From contig JAYPCE010000001.1 in NCBI GenBank assembly GCA_038124565.1, positions 47,981-111,980 on the forward strand: a stretch of DNA of 64,000 bases, read 5' to 3'. Below the pieces are notes generated by a model. The model ran no database searches. It was not told where the DNA came from and was given only the letters and a program-made list of their open reading frames with translations. Of the stretch, positions 56,247-64,000 are shown one piece after another; position 1 is the stretch's first letter, and each line of letters starts with the position of its first letter. This DNA is from Poseidonia sp. (GTDB taxonomy: Archaea > Thermoplasmatota > Poseidoniia > Poseidoniales > Poseidoniaceae). The translations under genes were made by a program, and so were the position numbers.

Positions 56247-56318
56247 CGCCATCGTCCACACTGCACAGAGGGTTATGTTGATGAAGCACCCGCGTGGCAG
56301 TTGGTTTGAGGGACACCC

Positions 56319-57494
56319 ATGGAACCGTTTGAAGGCCTCGACTTTTACGATGTAGAAAGCCTCCTCACCGAAGAGGAAATCATGATTCGCGACATGGTTC
56401 GTGAATGGGTTGATGAAGCGGTCATTCCCAAGATTGAACAAGCCTGCGAGGAAGGCGTCTTTCTTGATGAGTGGCGCGTTGCTCTCGGAGAAATGGGTGT
56501 ACTTGGTGCACCATTGAAGGGCTACGGCTGTCCAGGTCTGTCCTATGTCGCCTACGGGTTGATTTGTCAGGAACTCGAACGCGGAGATAGCGGTTTGCGC
56601 TCCTTCGCTTCGGTTCAAGGCTCCTTGGCCATGTATCCGATTTGGGATTTTGGAAGCGAAGAGCAGAAGGAAAAATACCTCCCGAAAATGGCCTCGGGTG
56701 AATGGATTGGTTGTTTTGGCCTAACGGAGCCAGACTACGGGTCCAATCCCGGTGATATGGTCACGAAAGCTGAAGACCATGGCGACCATTACCTGCTCAA
56801 CGGTGCAAAGATGTGGATTACCAACGGTACCATTGCCGACATCGCCATCGTTTGGGCGAAGTTGGATGGTGTGATTCGCGGATTCATCGTCGAGAAGGGC
56901 GATGAAGGATTTAGCGCTCCGGAAATGAAAGGGAAGCATTCGCTGAAGGCCAGTGTCACCAGCGAACTCGTGTTTCAAGATTGCAAGATTCCCAAGGACC
57001 GAATGTTGCCTAACGTGCAAGGACTTCGCGGACCGTTTTCCTGCCTCAACAACGCACGGTATGGAATTTCATGGGGTGCGCTTGGTGCCGCCATGGCCTG
57101 TTTCCACAGCGCCAAAACGTACGCGCTTTCTCGTATTCAATTTGACCATCCAATTGCATCGTACCAACTTGTCCAAAACAAGTTGGCCTGGATGTTGAGA
57201 GAAATCACCAAGGGTCAGTTGTTGGCGTATCATCTCGGTAAGAAGAAAGACGATGGGACGTGGTTCCCCGAGCAGATTTCTCTTGCAAAGATGAACAATG
57301 TCGATATTGCCCTTGAAATTGCTCGCGTGGCCCGAGACATACATGGTGCCAACGGCATTCTTGATGAATACCCTGTCATGCGTCACATGGCCAACTTGGA
57401 GTCGGTAAAAACTTACGAAGGCACGCATGACATTCACAATCTCATTCTGGGCCGATATATCACTGGAATCCAGGCGTTCACTCGCTCTGCTTGA
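56319..57494 (+). CDS. gcdH: glutaryl-CoA dehydrogenase (acyl-CoA dehydrogenase family)
   Basis: 391 aa with LDFYDVESLLTEEEIMIRDMVREWV, GLTEPDYGSNPGDM, WITNGTIADIAIVWAK and a C-terminal YEGTHDIH block. This is GCDH-like within the ACAD family. Confidence 0.8.
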   Translation: MEPFEGLDFYDVESLLTEEEIMIRDMVREWVDEAVIPKIEQACEEGVFLDEWRVALGEMGVLGAPLKGYGCPGLSYVAYGLICQELERGDSGLRSFASVQGSLAMYPIWDFGSEEQKEKYLPKMASGEWIGCFGLTEPDYGSNPGDMVTKAEDHGDHYLLNGAKMWITNGTIADIAIVWAKLDGVIRGFIVEKGDEGFSAPEMKGKHSLKASVTSELVFQDCKIPKDRMLPNVQGLRGPFSCLNNARYGISWGALGAAMACFHSAKTYALSRIQFDHPIASYQLVQNKLAWMLREITKGQLLAYHLGKKKDDGTWFPEQISLAKMNNVDIALEIARVARDIHGANGILDEYPVMRHMANLESVKTYEGTHDIHNLILGRYITGIQAFTRSA

Positions 57495-57523
57495 ACCTAA
57501 GCGAGGTTGACCACTAAGGAGGC

Positions 57524-57982
57524 ATGGTTGTGGTAGAACTCGGCCATTATGTGCTCTATGTACGAGCAATGCAACCCATGGTGGACTTCTACACCCGCAT
57601 CGTTGGCCTCGATGTTGTTGGAACCACCTTTGGTGGTCGAGCAACGGCGTTCAGCGGGGGCCGAACACACCACGAACTTCTCTTGTTGGAAGTGGGTGAT
57701 GCTCCTGGCCCAATGAGAGGGCATCGCATTGGCTTGTACCATACCGGTTGGTGCATCGGATTTGACGATGCCGACCTCATCGCTGCAAAGGAGCGCTGTC
57801 GCCTCCACGGCGTGCGCATTGTAGGGCAGAGTGACCACGGCGTCTCACACTCGTTGTATGTCCTTGACCCTGATGGAAATGAAGTTGAACTATACATTGA
57901 TGTTGAGGGGTTTGATTGGAAGGAAGATGCTTCTTGGCTTGAATACCCCGTGCGCCCACTCAACCTTGCAGACGAGGCGTGA
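57524..57982 (+). CDS. VOC-family (glyoxalase/bleomycin-resistance/extradiol dioxygenase) protein
   Basis: 152 aa with ELGHYVLYVRAMQPMVDFYTRIVGL, HHELLLLEV, GLYHTGW and HSLYVLDPDGNEVELY, giving paired beta-alpha-beta-beta-beta modules. Confidence 0.8.
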   Translation: MVVVELGHYVLYVRAMQPMVDFYTRIVGLDVVGTTFGGRATAFSGGRTHHELLLLEVGDAPGPMRGHRIGLYHTGWCIGFDDADLIAAKERCRLHGVRIVGQSDHGVSHSLYVLDPDGNEVELYIDVEGFDWKEDASWLEYPVRPLNLADEA

Positions 57983-58020
57983 GGAAGCAACGCAACCCCA
58001 AGGACGCTTGTGGAGGGTGT

Positions 58021-59328
58021 TCAAACGGCTGGTAGGATGCCGATGCGTGCAAGGCCGCCCCAGACGGGATCAAGGAAGGCTGGTAGGAATCGATGACGCA
58101 GGTACACGGCTGCAGCGAGAGAGATTTTTTGCACTTTGTTGAGTTTCACACGGTGGGTAAAGACGTCGCCTTGCTGTTTCTCAATTTGCCTGAGAATCTT
58201 GTCATAGAAAGCGATCATCGCCGCTGGAGAGTAGCGTGAACGGCGCGGAAGCAGAGGGAGCAGTGCTCGGGCTTCTTCCAAGTAGGTGCGTGCCCGAGCA
58301 GCGTAGTGGCGACAATAAGGCTCCCAGTGCTTGTTGAGAACAATACGACCGTCAAGCTCAGGTTCAGTCATACCGTTGCGTTCAAGTTCATCAAGGGGCA
58401 AATAGACACGGTCACGCTGAATGTCTTCGCCAACATCGCGCAAAACGTTCGTGAGTTGCATGAAAATGCCCCAAGACTCAGCATATTTCTTGGCCATGGG
58501 GTTGTCATATCCGTAGACTTCAATGCACATGAGGCCAACGACAGAGGCTACTCTGTAACAATATACATACAATTCATCAAAGGTCCGGTATCGGTTGTTG
58601 TACAGGTCGTCTTCCATGCCGGTAATGAGGTCATCAAACACGTCACGGGGGATGTTGTATCGCTGAACCGTGTCCTTCAAGGCCAAAAAGACAGGATCGG
58701 TTGAGTAGACCTCGCCGTAGCAGGTTGAGAGTTTCTTTCTGAAGAAGAACAGTTGCGTGATTTTGTTGAGGTAAGCCTGCTCATCCAAAATCGTGCCTTG
58801 GTCTTGAAGTGATTCCAATTGAGCTCGGTAGTTCATGGCTTCCGGGTCCAGCATGCCCTGTCCGCCAGGGAAGCGGTCCGACCAATCCCCGTCAGCGATG
58901 TCATCTGCTCGGCGGCAAAACGCATAGATGGCACACATGGCCATTCGCTGCTCGTCGGGCAGGTATTTGAAGGAGTGATAGAAATTACCGGCCTCCCTCA
59001 TCGTCAGTTCTTCACAATAGCGGTAGGCGAGTTTGTGCAATTCTGCTGGCGGTTGTTCGGACCAAATTGGAGCGTCCAAATGGGCGAAGGGGTCCACGAG
59101 TTCGTTCTTTTCACTGACAATCCCAATGAATGAAGCGCCTTCTCGGAGGGCTTCCATGGCCGTGACGCTGACTGCTTTCACGGCGTCTCGAGCGAGGGTA
59201 ACACCCGCCCGCAATCGGTCAAGGGTGTGAGTGGATGTACGTTCTGCCTCGCCGTTTCGACTTGATGCGTTGCCCTTGAGAGGGAACAACAAGTCGAGGG
59301 GTTTGCGGCGTTCCAGCATCCTAACCAA
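58021..59328 (-). CDS. phytoene synthase-like (CrtB/PSY-type) head-to-head prenyl diphosphate condensing enzyme
   Basis: AIYAFCRRADDIADG (first Asp-rich motif), YCYRVASVVGLMC, and LTNVLRDVGEDIQRDRVYLPLDEL (second motif). An N-terminal extension of about 100 aa leaves the true start uncertain (ATG at 59319 or further internal). Confidence 0.8.
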   Translation of the reverse strand: MVRMLERRKPLDLLFPLKGNASSRNGEAERTSTHTLDRLRAGVTLARDAVKAVSVTAMEALREGASFIGIVSEKNELVDPFAHLDAPIWSEQPPAELHKLAYRYCEELTMREAGNFYHSFKYLPDEQRMAMCAIYAFCRRADDIADGDWSDRFPGGQGMLDPEAMNYRAQLESLQDQGTILDEQAYLNKITQLFFFRKKLSTCYGEVYSTDPVFLALKDTVQRYNIPRDVFDDLITGMEDDLYNNRYRTFDELYVYCYRVASVVGLMCIEVYGYDNPMAKKYAESWGIFMQLTNVLRDVGEDIQRDRVYLPLDELERNGMTEPELDGRIVLNKHWEPYCRHYAARARTYLEEARALLPLLPRRSRYSPAAMIAFYDKILRQIEKQQGDVFTHRVKLNKVQKISLAAAVYLRHRFLPAFLDPVWGGLARIGILPAV

Positions 59329-59443
59329 TGGGCCCTTGCGGCCTTCGTTTATGAGTCCTCCTCTTCAGGGTGCGAACAGTGAGCCGTTCTTTGATGTATA
59401 AGTAAGTATTATTTTACATATTGCTGATGTTCTATAGAAAAGT

Positions 59444-60556
59444 TCACTTATCTTTATTTTGCTCAAGGAGTCTTCGGACGCCACCGGGGATGAACAAGGC
59501 CCGAATCAATTTGCGAGCGTAGGTTTTCATTTCCTCTCTGGTCACTTTGATTTGTTCTTCCGAATTCAGGATGTTGCCTGTACGAAGGAGCGTGACGGTT
59601 CGCTGGCCAATCAACACGGGCAACATGCATGATGCTTTGAGTCGGAATTGCGTTTCAGGAATCATACGAATGTACGCTGTTGCTGCCTCCAAATGGTCGT
59701 TCGTGAGGTCGAGGTACCCGTCATACACTGGCCTGAAGGCATCAAGGCAATCGTCGTTCAGTAGGTCGGTGGGAGTAAGATTGTGTTGGCGCAGAACATC
59801 TTCTGGGATATAGCACCGTCCAAACCGTAGGTCCTGAGGAATATCTCGGAGGATGTTGATCATTTGCAAGGCTTTACCAAATCGGATACCTCGCTCCAAG
59901 AACAAGGCTTCGTCTTCGGGAGAAAGTTGCATGAGATGAGCAAGGGACATCTTCGTCCAAAACACACCGACGCAACCGGCTACGCGAAAGGTGTAGTCGT
60001 CCAACTCCTCATCGTTCTTCAGCGCAGAAATAGTGCCGCCTTCATTGGCTGGACCGAAGCGCTCGAGGTCAAGAATTTGCCCGCTGACAATGACATCAAG
60101 GCATTCCAACATACGCTGCTGGTCTCCTTCGCCATACTCATTGAGGCCCGAGATGACCTCAGGCACGCTGCGAAGGAGTTGGGCCTCATGCTCGTTGCTT
60201 TGCAGATTGGCGAGCTCACTCAAGTCTGGTAGTTCGGTTGCTCGGCCTTGGACAACCTCATTGTAGGACCGCAAGTGGTTGAGCAGGACCTCGGTTTCGC
60301 CGTGCTTGGAATCAGCGATAGTATCGGCCACACGGGCAAGTAAGTACAACAGGCCAATTTGACCTCTGATTTTCTTGGGGAGGTATTTGAGTGTTGGATA
60401 AAACGAGCGTGATGTGGTTTCCAACAAGCGGTCAATGTTCTCGTTCACCAACACCGCCAAAGCCATCCCCCCGTCTGGCCCACTTCGCCCCTCCGCATGA
60501 AGATATTCGTTCACCCTGTCCGCCATGCAACGACCCTGTTTTGTTTGAAGTCTCAA
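59444..60556 (-). CDS. squalene synthase-like (FDFT1/eukaryote-archaeal type) member of the SQS/PSY family
   Basis: TSRSFYPTLKYLPKKIRGQIGLLYLLARVADTIADS resembles the SQS signature SRSF...L...R.....YLvlRalDT.eD. Also YTFRVAGCVGVFW and LQMINILRDIPQDLRFGRCYIPEDV. Confidence 0.7.
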   Translation of the reverse strand: MRLQTKQGRCMADRVNEYLHAEGRSGPDGGMALAVLVNENIDRLLETTSRSFYPTLKYLPKKIRGQIGLLYLLARVADTIADSKHGETEVLLNHLRSYNEVVQGRATELPDLSELANLQSNEHEAQLLRSVPEVISGLNEYGEGDQQRMLECLDVIVSGQILDLERFGPANEGGTISALKNDEELDDYTFRVAGCVGVFWTKMSLAHLMQLSPEDEALFLERGIRFGKALQMINILRDIPQDLRFGRCYIPEDVLRQHNLTPTDLLNDDCLDAFRPVYDGYLDLTNDHLEAATAYIRMIPETQFRLKASCMLPVLIGQRTVTLLRTGNILNSEEQIKVTREEMKTYARKLIRALFIPGGVRRLLEQNKDK

Positions 60557-60620
60557 TGGGCAATCGGTCGCAATCCTTTAGGAAGGGTAGCACGAGCATT
60601 AGGATGCGAGGGGGGCATGC

Positions 60621-62189
60621 ATGAACTGTGGCGCTTGTGGTGAAGCGATTCCAGCCGACAGTATGTTCTGTCCGGAATGCGGTTCCCGCCAAGACATGTC
60701 GGTTGCTGGTGGTTTCGCCCCTCCACCCGCTCAAAACATACCTCCGTTCCCACAGCAGCCGCGCTCGTTTGACCCCGTTTCTGGAGAGCAGCAACGTATG
60801 CAGCAAGAAGCCAACATGAACCAAATGGGCCAAGTCTCACAGGACATGCTCCAAGGCATGGCTCAAGGTTTGAATCAGCACCAAAACCTTCCTCCAGGTA
60901 CCTATCCCCAACAACCAATTCATGGTGGATTCCCTCCCCAGCAGGGCTTCATGCCTCAAGGCAATGTGATGCCGAACAACAATGTCGCTCCACTGAATGA
61001 TATGCCCAACGTGCACCGTGGGCCCTCAATTGCAAGCGGGGTGTTGCCCAACACGAGCAATGTTTCTCCGCTTGCAGCGGGAGGGACAAAAATTGCCCAC
61101 AATCCTGCCAACTCCCCCACCGATGCCATGGTGAACCGACTGGCTGAGGCTGAACGTGCGGTAAAAGAAGATCGCCGAAGTCAATGGCTTTCCATGAACC
61201 AAAGCCCTGCTTCGTCGGTCCTCGCCAACCTCGGTGGCGGCGAGTTGCCTGCTCACCTGCGAGGTGCAGCGGAGAGTGGTAGTGCCGCTGCTGACATCAT
61301 GGCCGGCGCCATGGGGGGACAAGGCAACGATGCACCAAACGATGCATTGTTGCGTCGCATTTCGGAAGTAGCCATTCGCCGTGTGGCTCGAAAGCGCGGC
61401 GTGGCGGTAGAAGCGCCTCAGACCAAACTTGCTGGAGACACGTTTGAAGTCAATGTCACTTATGTTGACGATGGTCGCGTGTTGGATTCTGCTGAAGACC
61501 TCATGCAGGCCTTTGAGCAAGCGATTCAAACCGAGCTTGCGTTGAAGGGGTACGATTTGACATGCACCATCACCATGTTCCGGTCAAAAGATGGAAAAAC
61601 CGAGAAAATCGGTGCAGAAGAAACCGATGAAGACATGTTTGCTTGCGAGATTTGCGACGGTTTGGTCAAGGAAAGCGACCCAACCTGCCCCCATTGTGGA
61701 GCAATGTTTGAGGATGACGGTGATGAAGAGCCTGCTTCCATGCCGCCCAAGCGAGGCGGCCCCCCTGGTCCAAGTAAGTCCGGAGGTCCACCAGGTCCAA
61801 GCAAGAGTGGAGGCCCCCCCGGACCGAAGAAAGGTGGTCCACCAGGACCAAGCAAGAGTGGAGGTCCTCCCGGTCCAAAGAAAGGCGGCCCCCCTGGTCC
61901 AAGCAAGTCCGGGGGTCCACCCGGTCCGAGCAAGAGTGGAGGCCCTCCCGGTCCAAAGAAAGGCGGCCCCCCTGGTCCAAGCAAGAGTGGCGGTCCACCC
62001 GGTCCAAGCAAGAGCGGTGGCCCTCCCAAAGGCGGTCCAGGCGGCGGCCCCCCCGGTCCAAGCAAGAGTGGCGGCCCTCCCGGCCCCAGCAAGAGCGGTG
62101 GCCCTCCAAAAGGTGGTCCTGGTGGCGGCCCCCCAGGCCCCAAGAAGAGCGGTCCTCCCGGTGGTCCAAAACGGGGCCCACCTCGATGA
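60621..62189 (+). CDS. double zinc-ribbon protein with Q/N/P/M-rich region and C-terminal (GGPPGPSKS)n repeat tail; unknown function
   Basis: 522 aa. N-terminal CGACGEAIPADSMFCPECG. A low-complexity Q/N/P/M-rich stretch. A central folded-looking region. A second ribbon, CEICDGLVKESDPTCPHCG. Then about 16 tandem 8-9 aa Gly/Pro/Lys/Ser units running to the stop. Confidence 0.7.
   Translation: MNCGACGEAIPADSMFCPECGSRQDMSVAGGFAPPPAQNIPPFPQQPRSFDPVSGEQQRMQQEANMNQMGQVSQDMLQGMAQGLNQHQNLPPGTYPQQPIHGGFPPQQGFMPQGNVMPNNNVAPLNDMPNVHRGPSIASGVLPNTSNVSPLAAGGTKIAHNPANSPTDAMVNRLAEAERAVKEDRRSQWLSMNQSPASSVLANLGGGELPAHLRGAAESGSAAADIMAGAMGGQGNDAPNDALLRRISEVAIRRVARKRGVAVEAPQTKLAGDTFEVNVTYVDDGRVLDSAEDLMQAFEQAIQTELALKGYDLTCTITMFRSKDGKTEKIGAEETDEDMFACEICDGLVKESDPTCPHCGAMFEDDGDEEPASMPPKRGGPPGPSKSGGPPGPSKSGGPPGPKKGGPPGPSKSGGPPGPKKGGPPGPSKSGGPPGPSKSGGPPGPKKGGPPGPSKSGGPPGPSKSGGPPKGGPGGGPPGPSKSGGPPGPSKSGGPPKGGPGGGPPGPKKSGPPGGPKRGPPR
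61755..62186 (+). repeat. in-frame tandem repeat array (24/27-nt units encoding GGPPGPSKS / GGPPGPKK / GGPPKGGPG)
   Basis: About 16 consecutive units read directly from the sequence. Units differ mostly at third codon positions and by AGY/TCC serine codon switches. The array generates long spurious ORFs in the other five frames. Confidence 0.9.
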
Positions 62190-62203
62190 TCGTGGTGTGA
62201 CCC

Positions 62204-64000
62204 ATGGTCCTCGATTTTGGAAACATCCGGTTTTCCGGCAAATTGAGGCCTTCACAGGTGGCTGCCTCCTCGGTCATTGAGCAGCAACTGAAGGTGGGGG
62301 AAAAAGAACTCTACATCGTCGCCCCTCCCGGTTCAGGAAAAACCATTCTTGGCCTGTATGTGTGGTCGAATTTGGTTCGATGCCCTGCCCTCGTGTTGTC
62401 GCCTAACTCTGCCATTCAAGCCCAGTGGATAGACCGGACTTCTCTCTTCGATTTAGACGGTCGTGAAGACCACCTCGCCCTAACAGCAGACCAACCTGGG
62501 TTACTCACTTCGTTGACCTATCAGTCATTGACGATGGTGAGAACAGAAGGTCAAGATTTGGAACGCGGAGCCATTGAGGTCTGGTCACAGCGACTGATTG
62601 AGCAAGGTGAAGCCATTGACCAAGAAACGGCGCTTGCTTGGCTCGCTGACCTCCAGTCCAACAATCCTTCCTACTTCGAGGAACAGATGAAGAAGCACAG
62701 AAAGCATGTTAGAAACCAACTTGAAACTGAACAGGGAAGCATAGCGTGGCTGAATGAACAATCACGCGCCTCCATTCTTGCTTTGAAAGAAGCCGGTGTC
62801 GGCTTGGTGATTTTGGATGAATGCCATCACCTTACAGAGCATTGGGGAAAGGTCTTGGCAGAGGTTCGAGATTTACTTGACGACCCTGTCATTCTTGGAC
62901 TCACGGCTACCCCGCCTGATAAGGAAAAAGCCGAAGCCCCACATTATTTGCAACTCTTGGGTGAAATTGACTACGAGGTGCCGACACCCGCTTTGGTAAG
63001 GGACTCAAATCTCGCTCCCTACCAAGATCTCGCCTATTTTGTTCGGCCAACAGCGGGTGAATTGGCCTACATCGCTGAGGCCGATCAGGCGTTCCTTGAT
63101 GTCGTACGAGATATCAGTCAACACCGAGAGGGGGAAGGTCGTGCACTTCCATTTGAACCTTGGTTGACTCATGTTCTCGCCAACAAAGAGATTCCAGGCC
63201 GCCAGAACCTGACCTGGAAGCAATTCTACAACGCCATACCAGAATTTGCGGATGCAGCGCGAGCATACCTCCTTGCTAACGACCACCCGTTGCCGCAGGG
63301 CGTCCCCTCTTTTCATGCATCAAACAGCGCGCAGGAACCTGGTGAACAGATACGCTTGTTGAGGCCGTTGCTTGACCGTTACGTGAGATTTGGCTTACGC
63401 CGTTCAACGCATCCTGAGGACCATGCTTTGGCGACAGAGGTCACGGACCGTTTTCGCCTGCTTGGATACCAAATCACTGAAAGTGGAGCACGGCCGTGTG
63501 CGTCGCCAGTTGGTCGAATTCTCGCATATGCTCAAGCGAAGTCAACCGCACTCACCGACATTCTCCGGGTTGAACAGGATGCGCTTGGAGACCGTTTACG
63601 ATGTGTTATTGTTACGGATTTTGAAAAGACATCGTCCACGGCCGTTGTGGAAGGCGTCCATGACGATGAGGCTGGAGGAGCGATTGGTGTTTTCAAAGCC
63701 TTGGTAGCCTGTGAAATCGGAGACCAACTTGACCCGGTGTTGATGACAGGAAGCACCCTCCTCGTTGATGATGACCTTGCCTCTCGATTTCTCGAAAAGG
63801 CTCGGGACTGGGTGGAACAACGAGGCCTCACCATCACGTTCCGTGATGAACCGATGGGTCGATTCCATCACCTCCATGGGTCTGGAAAGGATTGGGCACC
63901 ACGGCATTATTCGACGATGGTGACTGAGTTTTTTCAGGAAGGATTCACGAAATGCCTCATCGGGACTCGTGGCCTCTTGGGAGAGGGATGGGATGCCTCC
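62204..64000 (+). CDS. SF2 helicase (ResIII/DEAD-DEAH-like), 3'-truncated by window edge
   Basis: Not in the ORF track because there is no stop before the window end. ATG at 62204 follows an in-frame TGA at 62198, and 599 codons are open to nt 64000. Motifs: LRPSQ, motif I APPGSGKT, Ia LVLSPNSAIQAQW, II LVILDECHH, III LGLTATPP, and near the end CLIGTRGLLGEGWDAS (motif V/VI region). Confidence 0.8.
   Translation, partial: MVLDFGNIRFSGKLRPSQVAASSVIEQQLKVGEKELYIVAPPGSGKTILGLYVWSNLVRCPALVLSPNSAIQAQWIDRTSLFDLDGREDHLALTADQPGLLTSLTYQSLTMVRTEGQDLERGAIEVWSQRLIEQGEAIDQETALAWLADLQSNNPSYFEEQMKKHRKHVRNQLETEQGSIAWLNEQSRASILALKEAGVGLVILDECHHLTEHWGKVLAEVRDLLDDPVILGLTATPPDKEKAEAPHYLQLLGEIDYEVPTPALVRDSNLAPYQDLAYFVRPTAGELAYIAEADQAFLDVVRDISQHREGEGRALPFEPWLTHVLANKEIPGRQNLTWKQFYNAIPEFADAARAYLLANDHPLPQGVPSFHASNSAQEPGEQIRLLRPLLDRYVRFGLRRSTHPEDHALATEVTDRFRLLGYQITESGARPCASPVGRILAYAQAKSTALTDILRVEQDALGDRLRCVIVTDFEKTSSTAVVEGVHDDEAGGAIGVFKALVACEIGDQLDPVLMTGSTLLVDDDLASRFLEKARDWVEQRGLTITFRDEPMGRFHHLHGSGKDWAPRHYSTMVTEFFQEGFTKCLIGTRGLLGEGWDAS

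Noticed and set aside
55728-56618. 296-aa minus-strand ORF spanning the propeller gene end and the gcdH start.
   Set aside because: It is antisense to two well-supported genes and crosses their intergenic spacer. No motifs are present.
61755-62186. Regular 24-27 nt periodic repeats that could be mistaken for a CRISPR array.
   Set aside because: There are no unique spacers between the repeats. The units are contiguous, in frame, and part of a continuous ORF. No cas genes or leader sequence are present.
61526-62280. Four long ORFs in other frames or on the opposite strand across the Gly/Pro repeat (61526-62143 minus, 61584-62255 minus, 61591-62280 plus, 61666-62277 minus).
   Set aside because: They are by-products of the GGN/CCN-rich repeat, which stays open in every frame. 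Only the 60621-62189 frame connects to non-repetitive zinc-ribbon domains and shows synonymous-site variation.

Overview
This is a very compact archaeal chromosomal segment. It is almost entirely coding, and convergent genes often abut within 0-3 nt. The backbone is archaeal information processing: ribosomal proteins L10e, L44e, S27e and L37e, aIF2-alpha, Nop10, a PAC2 proteasome chaperone, ABCE1, RPA plus an RPA-associated protein, Hel308, a Cgi121-like protein, TyrRS and tRNA-Ser(CGA). Bacterial-type modules are mixed in: gyrB/gyrA, mutS/mutL, etfAB, glutaryl-CoA dehydrogenase and tldD/pmbA. Isoprenoid genes are also present (GGPP synthase, geranylgeranyl reductase, two squalene/phytoene-synthase paralogs). 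This mix suggests a heterotrophic Thermoplasmatota or marine-group-II-like euryarchaeon, but that is inference from gene content only. GGAGGTGA-type Shine-Dalgarno sites and 1-14 nt start/stop overlaps are common. Four genes missing from the ORF track were recovered by hand: the gyrB 3' end, S27e, L37e, and an open-ended SF2 helicase running off the right edge. Several track ORFs needed shorter starts because their N-termini overlap real genes or the tRNA. The most interesting candidates for something undescribed are: (1) two tandem paralogous Cas4/RecB-like PD-(D/E)XK nuclease plus OB-fold fusion proteins (38005-41676); (2) a double zinc-ribbon protein with a Q/N/P-rich region and about 16 GGPPGPSKS-type repeats, followed 14 nt later by an SF2 helicase (60621-64000); (3) a minimal Epd/Tad-like type IV filament operon with a split platform protein (18267-21198); (4) a stand-alone MCM N-terminal-domain protein (52424-53275); (5) a triple-SAP-motif protein next to a degenerate HemC-like protein (21227-24167). 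All functional calls come from motif recognition by eye. No database search was run.
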